From the NCBI GenBank assembly GCA_049516875.1, contig JBEKSS010000004.1:1-64000 (forward strand): a stretch of DNA of 64,000 nucleotides, written 5' to 3'. The position numbers and the translations under genes are program-made. Shown piece by piece: positions 10,203 to 19,947 of this stretch (the first letter of the stretch is position 1; each line of letters starts with the position of its first letter). The notes beneath the pieces are model-generated. The model did no database searches, was not told where the DNA came from, and worked only from the letters and a program-made list of their open reading frames with translations. This DNA comes from Candidatus Bathyarchaeia archaeon (lineage in GTDB: Archaea > Thermoproteota > Bathyarchaeia > Bathyarchaeales > Bathycorpusculaceae).

Positions 10203-11468
10203 TCATGATTTTTCGATTGGACGCGGTCCTGGCTCCTTTATTCGAATGAGTATCAACGTCGCCAACACAAAGATCGGTGTCGAGGCGATAAAGGGAGACA
10301 GTGGACCCAGAGTTTGGAATAGGTAACCTCCTACTATTTGCGCTGGAACGGCTGTGATTAGCGAGAACACACTGAACATAGCCATTATTCTTCCACGCAT
10401 CTCTTGCGGCGAAAGATTTGCCTGAAGCGCCGTCAGCGATGGGCCTAGTAAAGCACCGCTCGCGCCGCCTATTGCAGTCCATGTTACAAAGTCGTCTGTT
10501 CCTTTGGCCCTCACGAATATGAGCTGGTTCACAGGAATTGAGAGTGAAGCGTAAACCGCACTTTTCGTTAGACCCACTCTTTCGATTATTCTGGCGGCAG
10601 GCAGCAAGAGCAAGACGCTGATGAGTCCGGCAACATTTGTCAGGAGACCATAGAATTGTGGGGGCAGATTTGCGATGTTGACCAAATAGATCGATGTGTA
10701 GGGCACGGTCATGGCCGTTCCGACACTTGCCAAAACGGCGTAGAAAAGAAGCTTCTTTGCTCCGTCCGTGGCGTTCCGCAGAACAAACAAATTGTCCGTG
10801 AAAAAGTCTGAAACAAGACGCCGAATTCGCTTTTTCTCCTTCCCTCTAAGCCCCACGTAGGTCTCTTTGAGCGTGAGAGCCCTGTATGATACTCCGATGA
10901 CGCCTAAGAGTCCACTGAAGAAAAATGCTATGCGCAGCCCTTCGAGCGTTCCAAGCGTTTGCATCAGTGTTCCTCCAACGTACGGAAAGAAAATCGAGGG
11001 CAGCGAAGTAACAAGTGTGAAGGAAACCAAGCCCCGTGCCCTGAGCCCCGGCTCCATCGAATCAGTCAAAGTCGCATTGAACGCAGGACCATAAATGCCT
11101 GAAATCGCCCCAATCACTATGGGAATCATCAAAAGGGCTGGCTCCGATATAAAAATGAAGACAAAGGCGGAGCCAGCGCTCAGAAAACTGAAGATGACGA
11201 TGACTTTTCTTCTGCCCCAAGCATCTGCAACATATCCGCCTACCAACTGCATCAAAGCTGTGACAGCCGAGTTGACACCTAAGAGAAAGCCGATGAACAC
11301 CGAATTTGCTCCTAAACCTGAGAAATAAATAGACTGGTACGGGTTGATCATCGCGCCTCCGATATTCCAGACAGTGGCGCTTAGAGCAAGTGGCCACGTG
11401 TTGCCTGGAAGATAGAGTCTTCCTCGCCAATTCTTCAGAATCTTTCTTGACCCGCTGGAACCAGCCAA
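10203..11468 (-). CDS. MFS transporter
   Basis: GYVADAWGRRK motif A, about 12 hydrophobic segments. Confidence 0.92.
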   Translation of the reverse strand: MAGSSGSRKILKNWRGRLYLPGNTWPLALSATVWNIGGAMINPYQSIYFSGLGANSVFIGFLLGVNSAVTALMQLVGGYVADAWGRRKVIVIFSFLSAGSAFVFIFISEPALLMIPIVIGAISGIYGPAFNATLTDSMEPGLRARGLVSFTLVTSLPSIFFPYVGGTLMQTLGTLEGLRIAFFFSGLLGVIGVSYRALTLKETYVGLRGKEKKRIRRLVSDFFTDNLFVLRNATDGAKKLLFYAVLASVGTAMTVPYTSIYLVNIANLPPQFYGLLTNVAGLISVLLLLPAARIIERVGLTKSAVYASLSIPVNQLIFVRAKGTDDFVTWTAIGGASGALLGPSLTALQANLSPQEMRGRIMAMFSVFSLITAVPAQIVGGYLFQTLGPLSPFIASTPIFVLATLILIRIKEPGPRPIEKS

Positions 11469-11630
11469 TGAAATGGACCTCTTAGCCTACGGTGCAAGAA
11501 AGCATATAAAAACTTGATGAACAGTCCACCTGCAAGAAAATAGGAGACTTCTGAATTGCTGCTCACCATAATGTAAAAGAAGCCCAAAGTTTGCGTGCGA
11601 TGCAAGATCGCGGTTGCGAAAGAGATTTTT

Positions 11631-11717
11631 AGCGCGTACATTTGGAAAATGCTTTTTCATGACCTCAAGATTATCGCCGTAATACAGAATGTTAGAGTCG
11701 AATGGACCCTTAGGCAT
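11631..11717 (-). pseudogene. N-terminal fragment of an N4/N6 DNA methyltransferase
   Basis: MPKGPFDSNILYYGDNLEVMKKHFP resembles the beta-class MTase N-terminus that precedes DPPF; similarity stops at the CGCGCT motif. Confidence 0.65.
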
Positions 11718-11746
11718 GCTTGAATAAGAGCGCTTAACGCGCGCTT

Positions 11747-12892
11747 CTACTCCTCCTGCTCAAAGATCCAGGCGGCTCTGCTCATAACATCGCTGATCGT
11801 CAACTTTTGTGGGCAAAGTTCCTCGCACGTTCTACATCTTTCGCATCTTTTTGCTTGGCTTTCCTTCGTGATGTGTTCCCAGTACTTTTTCTTTATCTCA
11901 TCATCCATGTCCTTCATGTAATATTCATTGTAGAGTGAGATTATTTCTGTTATGTTTACTCCATGAGGGCAGGGTAAGCAGTACCTGCAGCCTGTGCATC
12001 CCACGAAACCGAATTGTTTGTACTTCGCTGCGATCTGGCTGATAAGTTGAAGTTCCTTTTTCTTGAGAGTCCCAGGGCCCGAACGGTCTGCGCTGCGAAG
12101 GTTTTCCTCTACTTGGTCCATCGTGCTCATTCCGCTCAGCGCGACTGAAACTTCCGGGTGGTTCCATACCCACTGAAGAGCCCATTCCGCTGGTTTTCTC
12201 TTGAAGTCGGCATTGTCCCAAGTGGCTTCGATTTCGGCAGGCGGCTTGACGCTCAGTCTTCCACCAGCGATCGGCTCCATAACCACAACGGCGAGGTCTT
12301 TTGATGCAGCATACTTCAGCCCTCTTGTTCCGGCCTGGTAATCCGAGTCCATGTAGTTGTACTGGATCTGACAAAGGGTCCACCCTTCATAGGTGTCTAT
12401 GATCTTCTTGAACACGTCGTACTCGTCGTGGAAACTGAAGCCAAAATAGCTGATCTTTCCCTCGTCTCTCTTCTTCTCAAGCCATTTCAACACGTTAAGT
12501 TCAGTAAGCTTCTGCCAACGCTCGCCTGTCAGTCCGTGGAGAAGGTAGAAGTCGACTTGCTTCAAGCAGAGCCTGCACAGTTGTTCTTCTAGGTACTTGT
12601 CCATGTCCTTTTCAGACTTGACGAGCCATGTTGGCATTTTGGTGGCCAGCTTGATCTTCTCCCTGTACCCGTCCTGCAACGCTTTTCCAACCAAGGTCTC
12701 CGCATTTCCTCGGTGGTAAGGATAGGCTGTGTCCAGGTAATTCACGCCGTTATCGATGGCGAACCTTATCATGCGTATCGCTTCGGGCTCGTCGATTTTT
12801 GCAGCGTCATTGCCGACGATGGGCAATCTCATCGCTCCGAACCCGAGGGCTGAAACCTTCCAGTCTAGTTTTCCAAAACTCCTATACTTCAT
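11747..12892 (-). CDS. Aldo/keto reductase with C-terminal 4Fe-4S dicluster
   Basis: LGFGAMRLP, DTAYPY, LLH, CTGCRYCLPCP, CERCRTCEELCPQ. Confidence 0.93.
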   Translation of the reverse strand: MKYRSFGKLDWKVSALGFGAMRLPIVGNDAAKIDEPEAIRMIRFAIDNGVNYLDTAYPYHRGNAETLVGKALQDGYREKIKLATKMPTWLVKSEKDMDKYLEEQLCRLCLKQVDFYLLHGLTGERWQKLTELNVLKWLEKKRDEGKISYFGFSFHDEYDVFKKIIDTYEGWTLCQIQYNYMDSDYQAGTRGLKYAASKDLAVVVMEPIAGGRLSVKPPAEIEATWDNADFKRKPAEWALQWVWNHPEVSVALSGMSTMDQVEENLRSADRSGPGTLKKKELQLISQIAAKYKQFGFVGCTGCRYCLPCPHGVNITEIISLYNEYYMKDMDDEIKKKYWEHITKESQAKRCERCRTCEELCPQKLTISDVMSRAAWIFEQEE

Positions 12893-13052
12893 CCAGAATC
12901 CTCAAAGCATGAGGTATTGAGATGAATTGTCTCCTAAAAGCTTAGCGCGCGTGGCAAAGTCTATTTCACAGAATTGGATGGCACGCGCGCTGTGATAATA
13001 ATCCTGTTGATACTCGCTCTGTTGGGCATGTCATCCGCGCGCGTAGCCTGCA

Positions 13053-13313
13053 TTATATTTTCGGGTCGGTAATTCGGTGTCCAGTGCGGTTGACCTCAAG
13101 CAACTTGACCATTGCGCCCTTTATTAGCAGGTAATGGTCACTTTTGTGGCTGAATCTTAGGCCTTCTTTGGGCAAGCCATTTACAATGATTGTGGTACAT
13201 TTCGCGCCCCAGCTCTTGCCATCCGCTGCTTCCGCAACTTTCTCAAGATGCAGAGCAAACTCTAGGCTTTCCAATTTCACTTCAACAAGCTTCTCTGTGA
13301 TTATTGGTTCCAT
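13053..13313 (-). CDS. Small hypothetical protein
   Basis: 86 aa ORF with GAGGCGA RBS, tightly bracketed by CG motifs at 13035 and 13347. Confidence 0.6.
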   Translation of the reverse strand: MEPIITEKLVEVKLESLEFALHLEKVAEAADGKSWGAKCTTIIVNGLPKEGLRFSHKSDHYLLIKGAMVKLLEVNRTGHRITDPKI

Positions 13314-13404
13314 AGTTCTCTATCGCCTCTTACTCTCTTTTATCGCTAGCGCGCGCTATTAACGAAAACTGTTAAGTAGCTAAGTCTCAGAACCTAGTGC
13401 TCAT

Positions 13405-14157
13405 ATGAACTTTGACGCAATTCTCTTGGCTGTCGTTACTTGCTTCTCAACCATGTTTGGTGGGATTTTCGCAGCAAGATACAGGAAGAACATTGGACTT
13501 CTGGGAGCTTTTGCAGCTGGTGTACTGATTACAACTTCCTTGCTTGATATACTGCCACAGACTTTCAAGCTTGCCCAATCTGCCAATGTGGATCTTGAAG
13601 AAGTGATGGCTCTCATGGTTGTTGGATTCCTTTTCCTCTACATCATTTCCAGAATGATAAGTGAGCATGTTTTCAGCAAAGATGGTGAATACGTTGAAGT
13701 TAAACATCCTCTCGGTGGAGTTTTTGCAACATCAGAACTCTCAGTTCACAGTTTCATAGATGGCTTGGCAATTGGGTTCGGTCTTCAAGCTGACATTCAT
13801 GTTGGCATCATAATTGCATTTGCCGTCATATGCCACGACTTCACTGACGGACTTAGTACGGTCACTGTAATGCTGAATTCTGGTAACTCACTGCGAAATT
13901 CTTTGAGGATGCTGCTCTTGGACGCAGTTGCCCCACTTCTGGGGGCAGTTGTCACACTTTTCATTCAATTGCCACCGTATTACATAGTGCTCCTTCTGCC
14001 TTTCTTTGCGGGTGGTTTTCTGTATCTAGGGGCAAGTGACCTCCTGCCAACAGCGCATGAGGCGAATCCTCCAACACTTACAGTAATTACGTGCACAGCT
14101 GGATTCGTACTCGTATTCATCCTGACTTTCATCCTGACCAGAGTGTTGAACATGTAG
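13405..14157 (+). CDS. ZIP family metal transporter
   Basis: HSFIDG, HDFTDG, GGFLYLGASDLLP. Confidence 0.92.
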   Translation: MNFDAILLAVVTCFSTMFGGIFAARYRKNIGLLGAFAAGVLITTSLLDILPQTFKLAQSANVDLEEVMALMVVGFLFLYIISRMISEHVFSKDGEYVEVKHPLGGVFATSELSVHSFIDGLAIGFGLQADIHVGIIIAFAVICHDFTDGLSTVTVMLNSGNSLRNSLRMLLLDAVAPLLGAVVTLFIQLPPYYIVLLLPFFAGGFLYLGASDLLPTAHEANPPTLTVITCTAGFVLVFILTFILTRVLNM

Positions 14158-14200
14158 CGTGCGTTATCAGCATTTGCTTTCGCGCGTGTGTACGCGCGCT

Positions 14201-14370
14201 TTGAGTGTATATGAGTGAGTGTAAGAGTGGTTGGTTAAGTTGGGTTTTGGGATAAAACTTTACCCTTTTTCTTCTTCTTCTCTCCTACTAACTCTCTCTT
14301 ACTCTCTCACTCTCTCTAAAAAAACAAACAAATAAAAAAAACACACACGCACACACACAAAAAACACACA
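14201..14370. repeat. Low-complexity imperfect inverted repeat followed by A/(CA)n tract
   Basis: GAGTGAGTGTAAGAGTGGTTGG arm vs CTACTAACTCTCTCTTACTCTCTCACTCTC arm, then ACACACACGCACACACAC. Confidence 0.55.
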
Positions 14371-14380
14371 GTCTATGATT

Positions 14381-14402
14381 TTGCGGAAAAGTTATAGCTG
14401 AA
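14381..14402 (+). promoter_or_regulatory. BRE-TATA promoter element
   Basis: TTGCGGAAAAGTTATAGCTGAA about 35 bp upstream of the GNAT gene; identical to 152-173. Confidence 0.65.
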
Positions 14403-14434
14403 ACGAAAGTTACGGTATGGTTTGGTGAGTTGGG

Positions 14435-14959
14435 TTGCTTGAAGGTAAACTTGTGAATCTGAAGGTATTGGAAAAAGATAATTTGCCATTGTTAGCTGAC
14501 TGGAGCAACAATCCAGAATTCTTTAGTGACTTTTGGTTTCCACAAATGTCTAAAACAGAGTGGGAAAAAAGGTATGACAGCCTCACCCCTGACACAAAGT
14601 GGTTCTTCATAGAGAAAAAAGACGGCATGAAAATCGGAACCGTCTTCTACTTTTTAAACGGAAACTTCATGGAAATAGGCTATATCCTCGTTCCGAACGA
14701 AAGGAAAAAAGGCTATGGGTCTGAAGCTATAAAAATCATTGTTGACTACCTGTTTCTTTCAAAGGAACTTGTGCGTGTTCAGGCTATTACTGGTGTGGAT
14801 AATTTTGCTTCTCACAGGGTTCTTGAAAAGGCAGGGTTCACAAAAGAAGGGATAATTCGTAAGAGTGCTTTCATCAGAGGAGAATGGAAAGACGGTTGTC
14901 TCTACAGCATCCTCAGGGAAGAATGGAAAGAACCAAAGATACTAACAAAAACCGCCTAA
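14435..14959 (+). CDS. GNAT N-acetyltransferase (RimJ/RimL family)
   Basis: EIGY, ERKKGYGSEA, NFASHRVLEKAGFTKEG. Confidence 0.9.
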   Translation: MLEGKLVNLKVLEKDNLPLLADWSNNPEFFSDFWFPQMSKTEWEKRYDSLTPDTKWFFIEKKDGMKIGTVFYFLNGNFMEIGYILVPNERKKGYGSEAIKIIVDYLFLSKELVRVQAITGVDNFASHRVLEKAGFTKEGIIRKSAFIRGEWKDGCLYSILREEWKEPKILTKTA

Positions 14960-14979
14960 GGAAAGCCAGTTTTTTGGTT

Positions 14980-14995
14980 TTGCGGAAAAGTTATA
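14980..14995 (+). promoter_or_regulatory. BRE-TATA promoter element
   Basis: TTGCGGAAAAGTTATA upstream of the NIPSNAP-like gene. Confidence 0.6.
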
Positions 14996-15058
14996 AACGA
15001 AACGAACGGACATCGTTCACTTAGTATTGAAAAAGGGGGTGAAAGAACGACCGTTTTC

Positions 15059-15373
15059 GTGGTAGAAACATACGTGGTGAAGCCAGATAAACTTGGTGAG
15101 TATGCAGAACTCGCCAAGAAGTATGTCGAATGGACAAAAAAACGTGCAGACTTGTTCAAAGAGGTAAAATCATGGAAGCTGTTCGCTCACCTGTATGGTG
15201 GCATTTCGGGCGGGTATGTAGAGATGTGGGAGTTTGAGAACCTGATGGATTATGAAAAAGCCATGAACAGACTGATGCAAGACAAAGAGTTCATGACTGA
15301 ATTCTACACAAAAGTCATGGCTATGATGGTGCCTGCAACGTATTCAGTTAACGTATGGAACCCTTTTGCATGA
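15059..15373 (+). CDS. NIPSNAP-like dimeric alpha-beta barrel protein
   Basis: ETYVVKPDK...YVEMWEFENL pattern; start may lie slightly upstream. Confidence 0.7.
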   Translation: MVETYVVKPDKLGEYAELAKKYVEWTKKRADLFKEVKSWKLFAHLYGGISGGYVEMWEFENLMDYEKAMNRLMQDKEFMTEFYTKVMAMMVPATYSVNVWNPFA

Positions 15374-15721
15374 AACCATTATGGAGTTCATCGCTCAAAC
15401 CTCAACCCTTCTCCACACTACATCACCTAAGAGGTAAACAAAACCAATTTCCTTTTTTTACTCCCAAACCAAAAAGTGAAGATTCATTTCATGTTTTTCT
15501 GTTCTGCACTTTCGACATATTCTTTGTTAGTTAGCTTGTGCCTTAATATTAATGGTATATCAACGCTTATGACGGTTTGCTCCCGCAAAATCCCATTTTT
15601 TGCTTCACCGAACATGTTGACCTAGTTTCTCAGTTATCAGGTCGCAAATCTTTTTTCACTGCCTGTGTTCTTGAAGATTTTTATTGTCATCGATTATTTA
15701 TGGGAAATCTAGAGGGTTTTC

Positions 15722-16012
15722 TTGTCTGGGTTTGAAGGATTTGTCAAGGACGTGGGTATTGACCCTCTCGTTGCAAGAAAAGCGATTCCGAAACACAAGG
15801 AAATTCTTTCTGAAGAGTTTCTGATTTCGGTTGTTCTGAATTCTACCGAGGATGAGATAACTTGGTTGGATGCTGATCATTACATTATTGAAGTCAGGAG
15901 ACGCAAGGGTAATGGATATGTTGCCGTTCTTGTTTGGGTTCATGATGAAGGATGGAGGTATTACGTTTACAGGGTTCATGTTATGGCGTGTCGTGGGAGA
16001 AGCAAGCTTTAA
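15722..16012 (+). CDS. Hypothetical protein (possible RelE/BrnT-like fold)
   Basis: 96 aa ORF, beta-rich C-terminus VAVLVWVH...YYVYRVH, co-oriented with next gene. Confidence 0.5.
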   Translation: MSGFEGFVKDVGIDPLVARKAIPKHKEILSEEFLISVVLNSTEDEITWLDADHYIIEVRRRKGNGYVAVLVWVHDEGWRYYVYRVHVMACRGRSKL

Positions 16013-16037
16013 GTGCTGGTGAGATAATATTATCTGA

Positions 16038-16658
16038 GTGGTGAGACGTGTGAACCTCCAAGAGACTGTCAAGGAAACGCGGAAGAAGCGGGCAGAGCAC
16101 ACTGATGAGGCTTTGCTAGGCTTCGTGCAGCGAAAACCTGGCGCCCTATCTTTGTATCAGATTGCTCAGGAGATGGACTGGTCTATTGGCCGTGTCCAGA
16201 AGAGCGTCGAGAGGCTGTTAAAGGATGGTTTGATTTCGTATAAACGCGCCTTCTTAGGCGGCAGGTCTTTGAAGCTTATTGTTCCGACGAAGGCTGAAGA
16301 AAAACGTGATGGGCACCCCGCTATTGTGCTTCCCAAGCCGTTTGAATGCACTATCACCATTCCTACTGATTTGGTGAGTAGTGACTGTTGGGGCCATCAT
16401 GCGTTTCTCTATGCCCTAGACAGGTTGACTCTTGGCGTATCAGCTGATCGCGAGAGGAAGTGGAATGAAAGCTCTCTTGTAGAAGCTAGGGTTCAGTTGA
16501 GAAGAGTGAAGAAGACAACCATTGTGGAGTTACCTGAAAACGTCTATCATTTCTACCTACTGAACATGACCGAATATGACATCTCCACATCCCCCAAGAG
16601 GGACAAAATTCTCGTGACAGTCGGAAGGATCCAACCGACTGAGAGATCCAACCGTTAA
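16038..16658 (+). CDS. Winged-helix DNA-binding protein
   Basis: LSLYQIAQEMDWSIGRVQKSVERLLKDGLI wHTH. Confidence 0.7.
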   Translation: MVRRVNLQETVKETRKKRAEHTDEALLGFVQRKPGALSLYQIAQEMDWSIGRVQKSVERLLKDGLISYKRAFLGGRSLKLIVPTKAEEKRDGHPAIVLPKPFECTITIPTDLVSSDCWGHHAFLYALDRLTLGVSADRERKWNESSLVEARVQLRRVKKTTIVELPENVYHFYLLNMTEYDISTSPKRDKILVTVGRIQPTERSNR

Positions 16659-16756
16659 TCATAAGCTATGAGATTGTTCCCTCTTTCCAGTCATCGGGAA
16701 CTTTTGCTTTGCACCGTTGAAATATGCTTTTAACAAGCTGTGGATCTATGTAGGTT

Positions 16757-17878
16757 TTGTGTGACACGCATATGTCTGCGGAGATTTCTAAGAGAATCGC
16801 TGAGTTTTTGGACTCGGGGATTGAGGAGGAGGATGTGGGTCAGCCGTATTTCGGCAATCCAGACTATGAGCTATTGCCATTTCCCCCGGCCAGTTTCGTT
16901 CCTATCAAGGATGTCGAACCGAACATACGAACAGCTTTCGTGGATGGCGGAAACCAGGAAATACTTGGGGCACCGAATTTCTCGGCCCAGATAAACAGGG
17001 TATACTTCAACATCTTTAAAGGGCGGGACAGAATCGTCCCAAAGTCCTTGCCAAGAAGGATAGAGTTCTATTCTGTCACAGTGTCGGATTTTAGAAATGG
17101 TGGAATATTCTATGATGCCAGAGTCTTTCCTCTGAAAGTTGAGTTCGAGGGTTTGGTACCTGATCAGCTCTTGTCGTTCAGCTCACTTGACAGAACAGTC
17201 ACGCTCGGAAACCAGAGGGCAGACATAAAGCATGTTGCTTCTGTCGCGAGGAGATTCGCTGAGTGGGAGTTTGCCAAGCATGTTATTGAAAATGAATTGG
17301 AGAAGGGGGATGTGATAGTTCACGATGGCAGCTTGCAGACAAGTCTTACTAATGAACATACGTACTTGGCGCGAGCACTCGAAGCAACAATGGAGAAAGG
17401 GGTCGTTTTCGCTGGGATTTCGAAAACGAGTACGCTGTTCACGACTACTGGTCTTTCACTCCTGGGTGCTGTGCAGAAGTTGGCTGAAGACTACAAGGTG
17501 AAAGGCCCTTGGTGTCTTCCGATAGGCAGGGTCGCCAACGTGTTGCATAATGCCTTCATATACGTGGTCAAGCTGAATGAAAGTGCCAGGTATGTTTTCA
17601 GGTTTGAGATTTACGGCGAGCAGGCTAGGCGAATGAGTGAAGAAGACTTTGGCATTATTACTTCTGCTTTGGCGAGCAATTCAAAAGACATAAGCTTTCC
17701 AGGATATCCTTATGGCCTGATAGATGCAGACAGCTTTGCTCGGGTGAGCGGGGACGAGGTAGATAAGTATCAAGTACCGCTTGTGTCCGAGATATCTAAG
17801 CTTGGCAAGTGGAAGAAGGTTTCGAGGCACATTTGCTCGGGTGACGCGCACAGCGTGTTAGACGTGTTGAAGGGTTGA
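16757..17878 (+). CDS. nurA: NurA 5'-3' nuclease
   Basis: AFVDGG, RRFAE, DGSL, GISKTS, GYPYGLIDAD; next to herA; start may be the ATG at 16772. Confidence 0.9.
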   Translation: MCDTHMSAEISKRIAEFLDSGIEEEDVGQPYFGNPDYELLPFPPASFVPIKDVEPNIRTAFVDGGNQEILGAPNFSAQINRVYFNIFKGRDRIVPKSLPRRIEFYSVTVSDFRNGGIFYDARVFPLKVEFEGLVPDQLLSFSSLDRTVTLGNQRADIKHVASVARRFAEWEFAKHVIENELEKGDVIVHDGSLQTSLTNEHTYLARALEATMEKGVVFAGISKTSTLFTTTGLSLLGAVQKLAEDYKVKGPWCLPIGRVANVLHNAFIYVVKLNESARYVFRFEIYGEQARRMSEEDFGIITSALASNSKDISFPGYPYGLIDADSFARVSGDEVDKYQVPLVSEISKLGKWKKVSRHICSGDAHSVLDVLKG

Positions 17879-17884
17879 TGGATA

Positions 17885-19426
17885 ATGGCTTTGGAAGTTT
17901 CGGGTCAGATAATTGCGGGAAAGACCGGTCAGATTCTAGCGAGGGAGAAGGCTGGTGGAGAAATAGAGATAGGGGATTTGCTTGTGGCTGAGGAGGATGG
18001 GGGATATGTGATTCTTCAGGCGTACGAGCTTGTTTATGGGAGCCAGGTGCCGCAGCTGGTGCGAGAGCTTCTGGCTGGCATGAAGCTTGAGGGCATGGGT
18101 GCTGACTTGGATTTTCTTGAGCCGCAGCTGCGGAACTATGTTATAGCACAGATCAAGGCGCTTTTGCGAGTCGGTAAGAACAACGAGTTGAAGATACCCA
18201 AGACTCTTCCCAAGTTCTTCTCCACAATCAGGCACGTTGCTGAGAAAGACCTTCTGTTTCTCACCAAGCCGGAGAGCCCTGTGTATCTTGGAAAAGTCAG
18301 GAGCGGGTCGAAGGTGCTTGACGTGGACGTTTATGTTAATGGAAAGGACATGTTCACGCATCACGTGTTGATTCCGGCTACGACTGGAAGGGGGAAGAGC
18401 AACCTTGTCAAAATCATGTTGTGGAGCGTTCTGGCCCAAGATTGTCTGGGCATACTGGTTCTGGACCCTCATGATGAATATTACGGCAGGCATGGTAAAG
18501 GGTTGAAAGACCATCCTGCGGCAAAGCAGAGCTTGCTGTATTATTCCACGAACCCTGTTCCTGGAACAAATACTCTTGTCATTAATCTGAGGTCGATTTT
18601 GCCTCCGCATTTCCAAGGAATTGTTGATTTCACGGACGCTCAGCATGATGCCATATCCTTGTATTACAACCGGTTCAGGGACCAGTGGATTGAGAACATT
18701 GTGCGGGGAACCGACATTGGTGATGCTGTTGTTCCTAGAACGCTTGAGGTGTTGAAGAGGAAGTTCGATAATGTGCTGGGCGTGTACATAGATGACGGCG
18801 GCGATTTTCAGTGCAGAAGCGGCGTTTTCAGCGATACTGCGGGCTTGGCGACTACTAGGGAGATTACGAAGGCTCTGGAGGATGGGAAGAAGGTTGTTAT
18901 CGACACGTCGAGGCTGCTTGATGAGGCTGAACTGCTTATAGGAAGTATAATCTCAGGCGGAATCTTCCATCGGTATCAATCCTACAAGGCTGAAGGAACG
19001 TTGGAAGAGAAGCCCGTGGTAAGCGTCGTGATTGAGGAAGCGCCGAGAGTTCTAGGCGCAGACGTGCTTGCTGCGCGTGGAGACAACATTTACAGCACGA
19101 TTGCCAGAGAAGGCAGAAAATTCAAGGTGGGATTAATCGCGATAACGCAGCTGGTCAGCTTGATTCCTCGAACGATACTGGCTAACATGAACACTAAAAT
19201 AATCCTCGGAAACGAATTGGCGGCTGAGAGACAGGCTGTTATGGAGAGCGCAGCGCAGGATTTGTCATCGGACGACAGGACCATCGCAAGCTTGGATAAG
19301 GGTGAGGCCATCGTGAGCAGCAACTTCACCAGGTTCGCTGTGCCCATTCAGATACCGTTGTTTGAAAAGTACGTTGAAGAGAACGCGCAGGCGAAGGAGA
19401 AGAACAGGACGGTTTTTGTGGGGTGA
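17885..19426 (+). CDS. herA: HerA helicase/translocase
   Basis: [28 protein letters not shown]. Confidence 0.93.
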   Translation: MALEVSGQIIAGKTGQILAREKAGGEIEIGDLLVAEEDGGYVILQAYELVYGSQVPQLVRELLAGMKLEGMGADLDFLEPQLRNYVIAQIKALLRVGKNNELKIPKTLPKFFSTIRHVAEKDLLFLTKPESPVYLGKVRSGSKVLDVDVYVNGKDMFTHHVLIPATTGRGKSNLVKIMLWSVLAQDCLGILVLDPHDEYYGRHGKGLKDHPAAKQSLLYYSTNPVPGTNTLVINLRSILPPHFQGIVDFTDAQHDAISLYYNRFRDQWIENIVRGTDIGDAVVPRTLEVLKRKFDNVLGVYIDDGGDFQCRSGVFSDTAGLATTREITKALEDGKKVVIDTSRLLDEAELLIGSIISGGIFHRYQSYKAEGTLEEKPVVSVVIEEAPRVLGADVLAARGDNIYSTIAREGRKFKVGLIAITQLVSLIPRTILANMNTKIILGNELAAERQAVMESAAQDLSSDDRTIASLDKGEAIVSSNFTRFAVPIQIPLFEKYVEENAQAKEKNRTVFVG

Positions 19427-19512
19427 GGGCTTGTTTCGCTTTTCGGTGAAAATCATATAGGCGTTTTTCGCGTGCGGGCGTGAGCCAGATTCGGATCGGA
19501 AATGAATGTTTT

Positions 19513-19947
19513 CTATATGTAGTCTTCTAGGAAGATTATTTTCAGGTCGAACGGTTTCTTTTGCATCTCTGTGGTTAGTTCTTTTTCCTTTCTTGCGAAG
19601 GTTGCAGCTGAAGAGGACTTGTGGGCTAGTGCCAGAGTGAAGCAGTCGCATAAGGAAATGGCTCTTGAGCATTTGTGCATTGACGCTTCAAGCGTGAGAG
19701 GTGAAATGTCTTCGACAGTTATGTAACCGGACGCCAATAGTTTGTCTACGATGTCGTTTGCTTTTTGACTGCCTAGTTTTCGACAGAGCACGTATCTCAG
19801 TTCAGTAATATTCAGTGTCGTTGTGGATGTTTCAACTGTTTCAGCTTTTAGTGCTTCCCTGAGTTTGAGGCCTGACGTGGTTGATAGGACTAATTCAATC
19901 AGGGCGCTTGTGTCGAGGGCTAGTCTTCCGCTCAAGTCTTTCTTCAT
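19513..19947 (-). CDS. vapC: PIN-domain toxin
   Basis: ALDTSALI, TEL, SLCDCFTLALA. Confidence 0.85.
   Translation of the reverse strand: MKKDLSGRLALDTSALIELVLSTTSGLKLREALKAETVETSTTTLNITELRYVLCRKLGSQKANDIVDKLLASGYITVEDISPLTLEASMHKCSRAISLCDCFTLALAHKSSSAATFARKEKELTTEMQKKPFDLKIIFLEDYI

Larger units (their letters stand above)
1650..14200. repeat. Left array of intergenic (CG)n palindromic boundary motifs
   Basis: Runs at about 1650, 3362, 3943, 4357, 4520, 4940, 6213, 6859, 6914, 8696, 8813, 9562, 9720, 9947, 10031, 10091, 11737, 12943, 12983, 13035, 13347, 14181, 14192; shorter ACGCGT/AGCGCGT variants at 5229, 5243, 5782, 11631. Confidence 0.85.
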
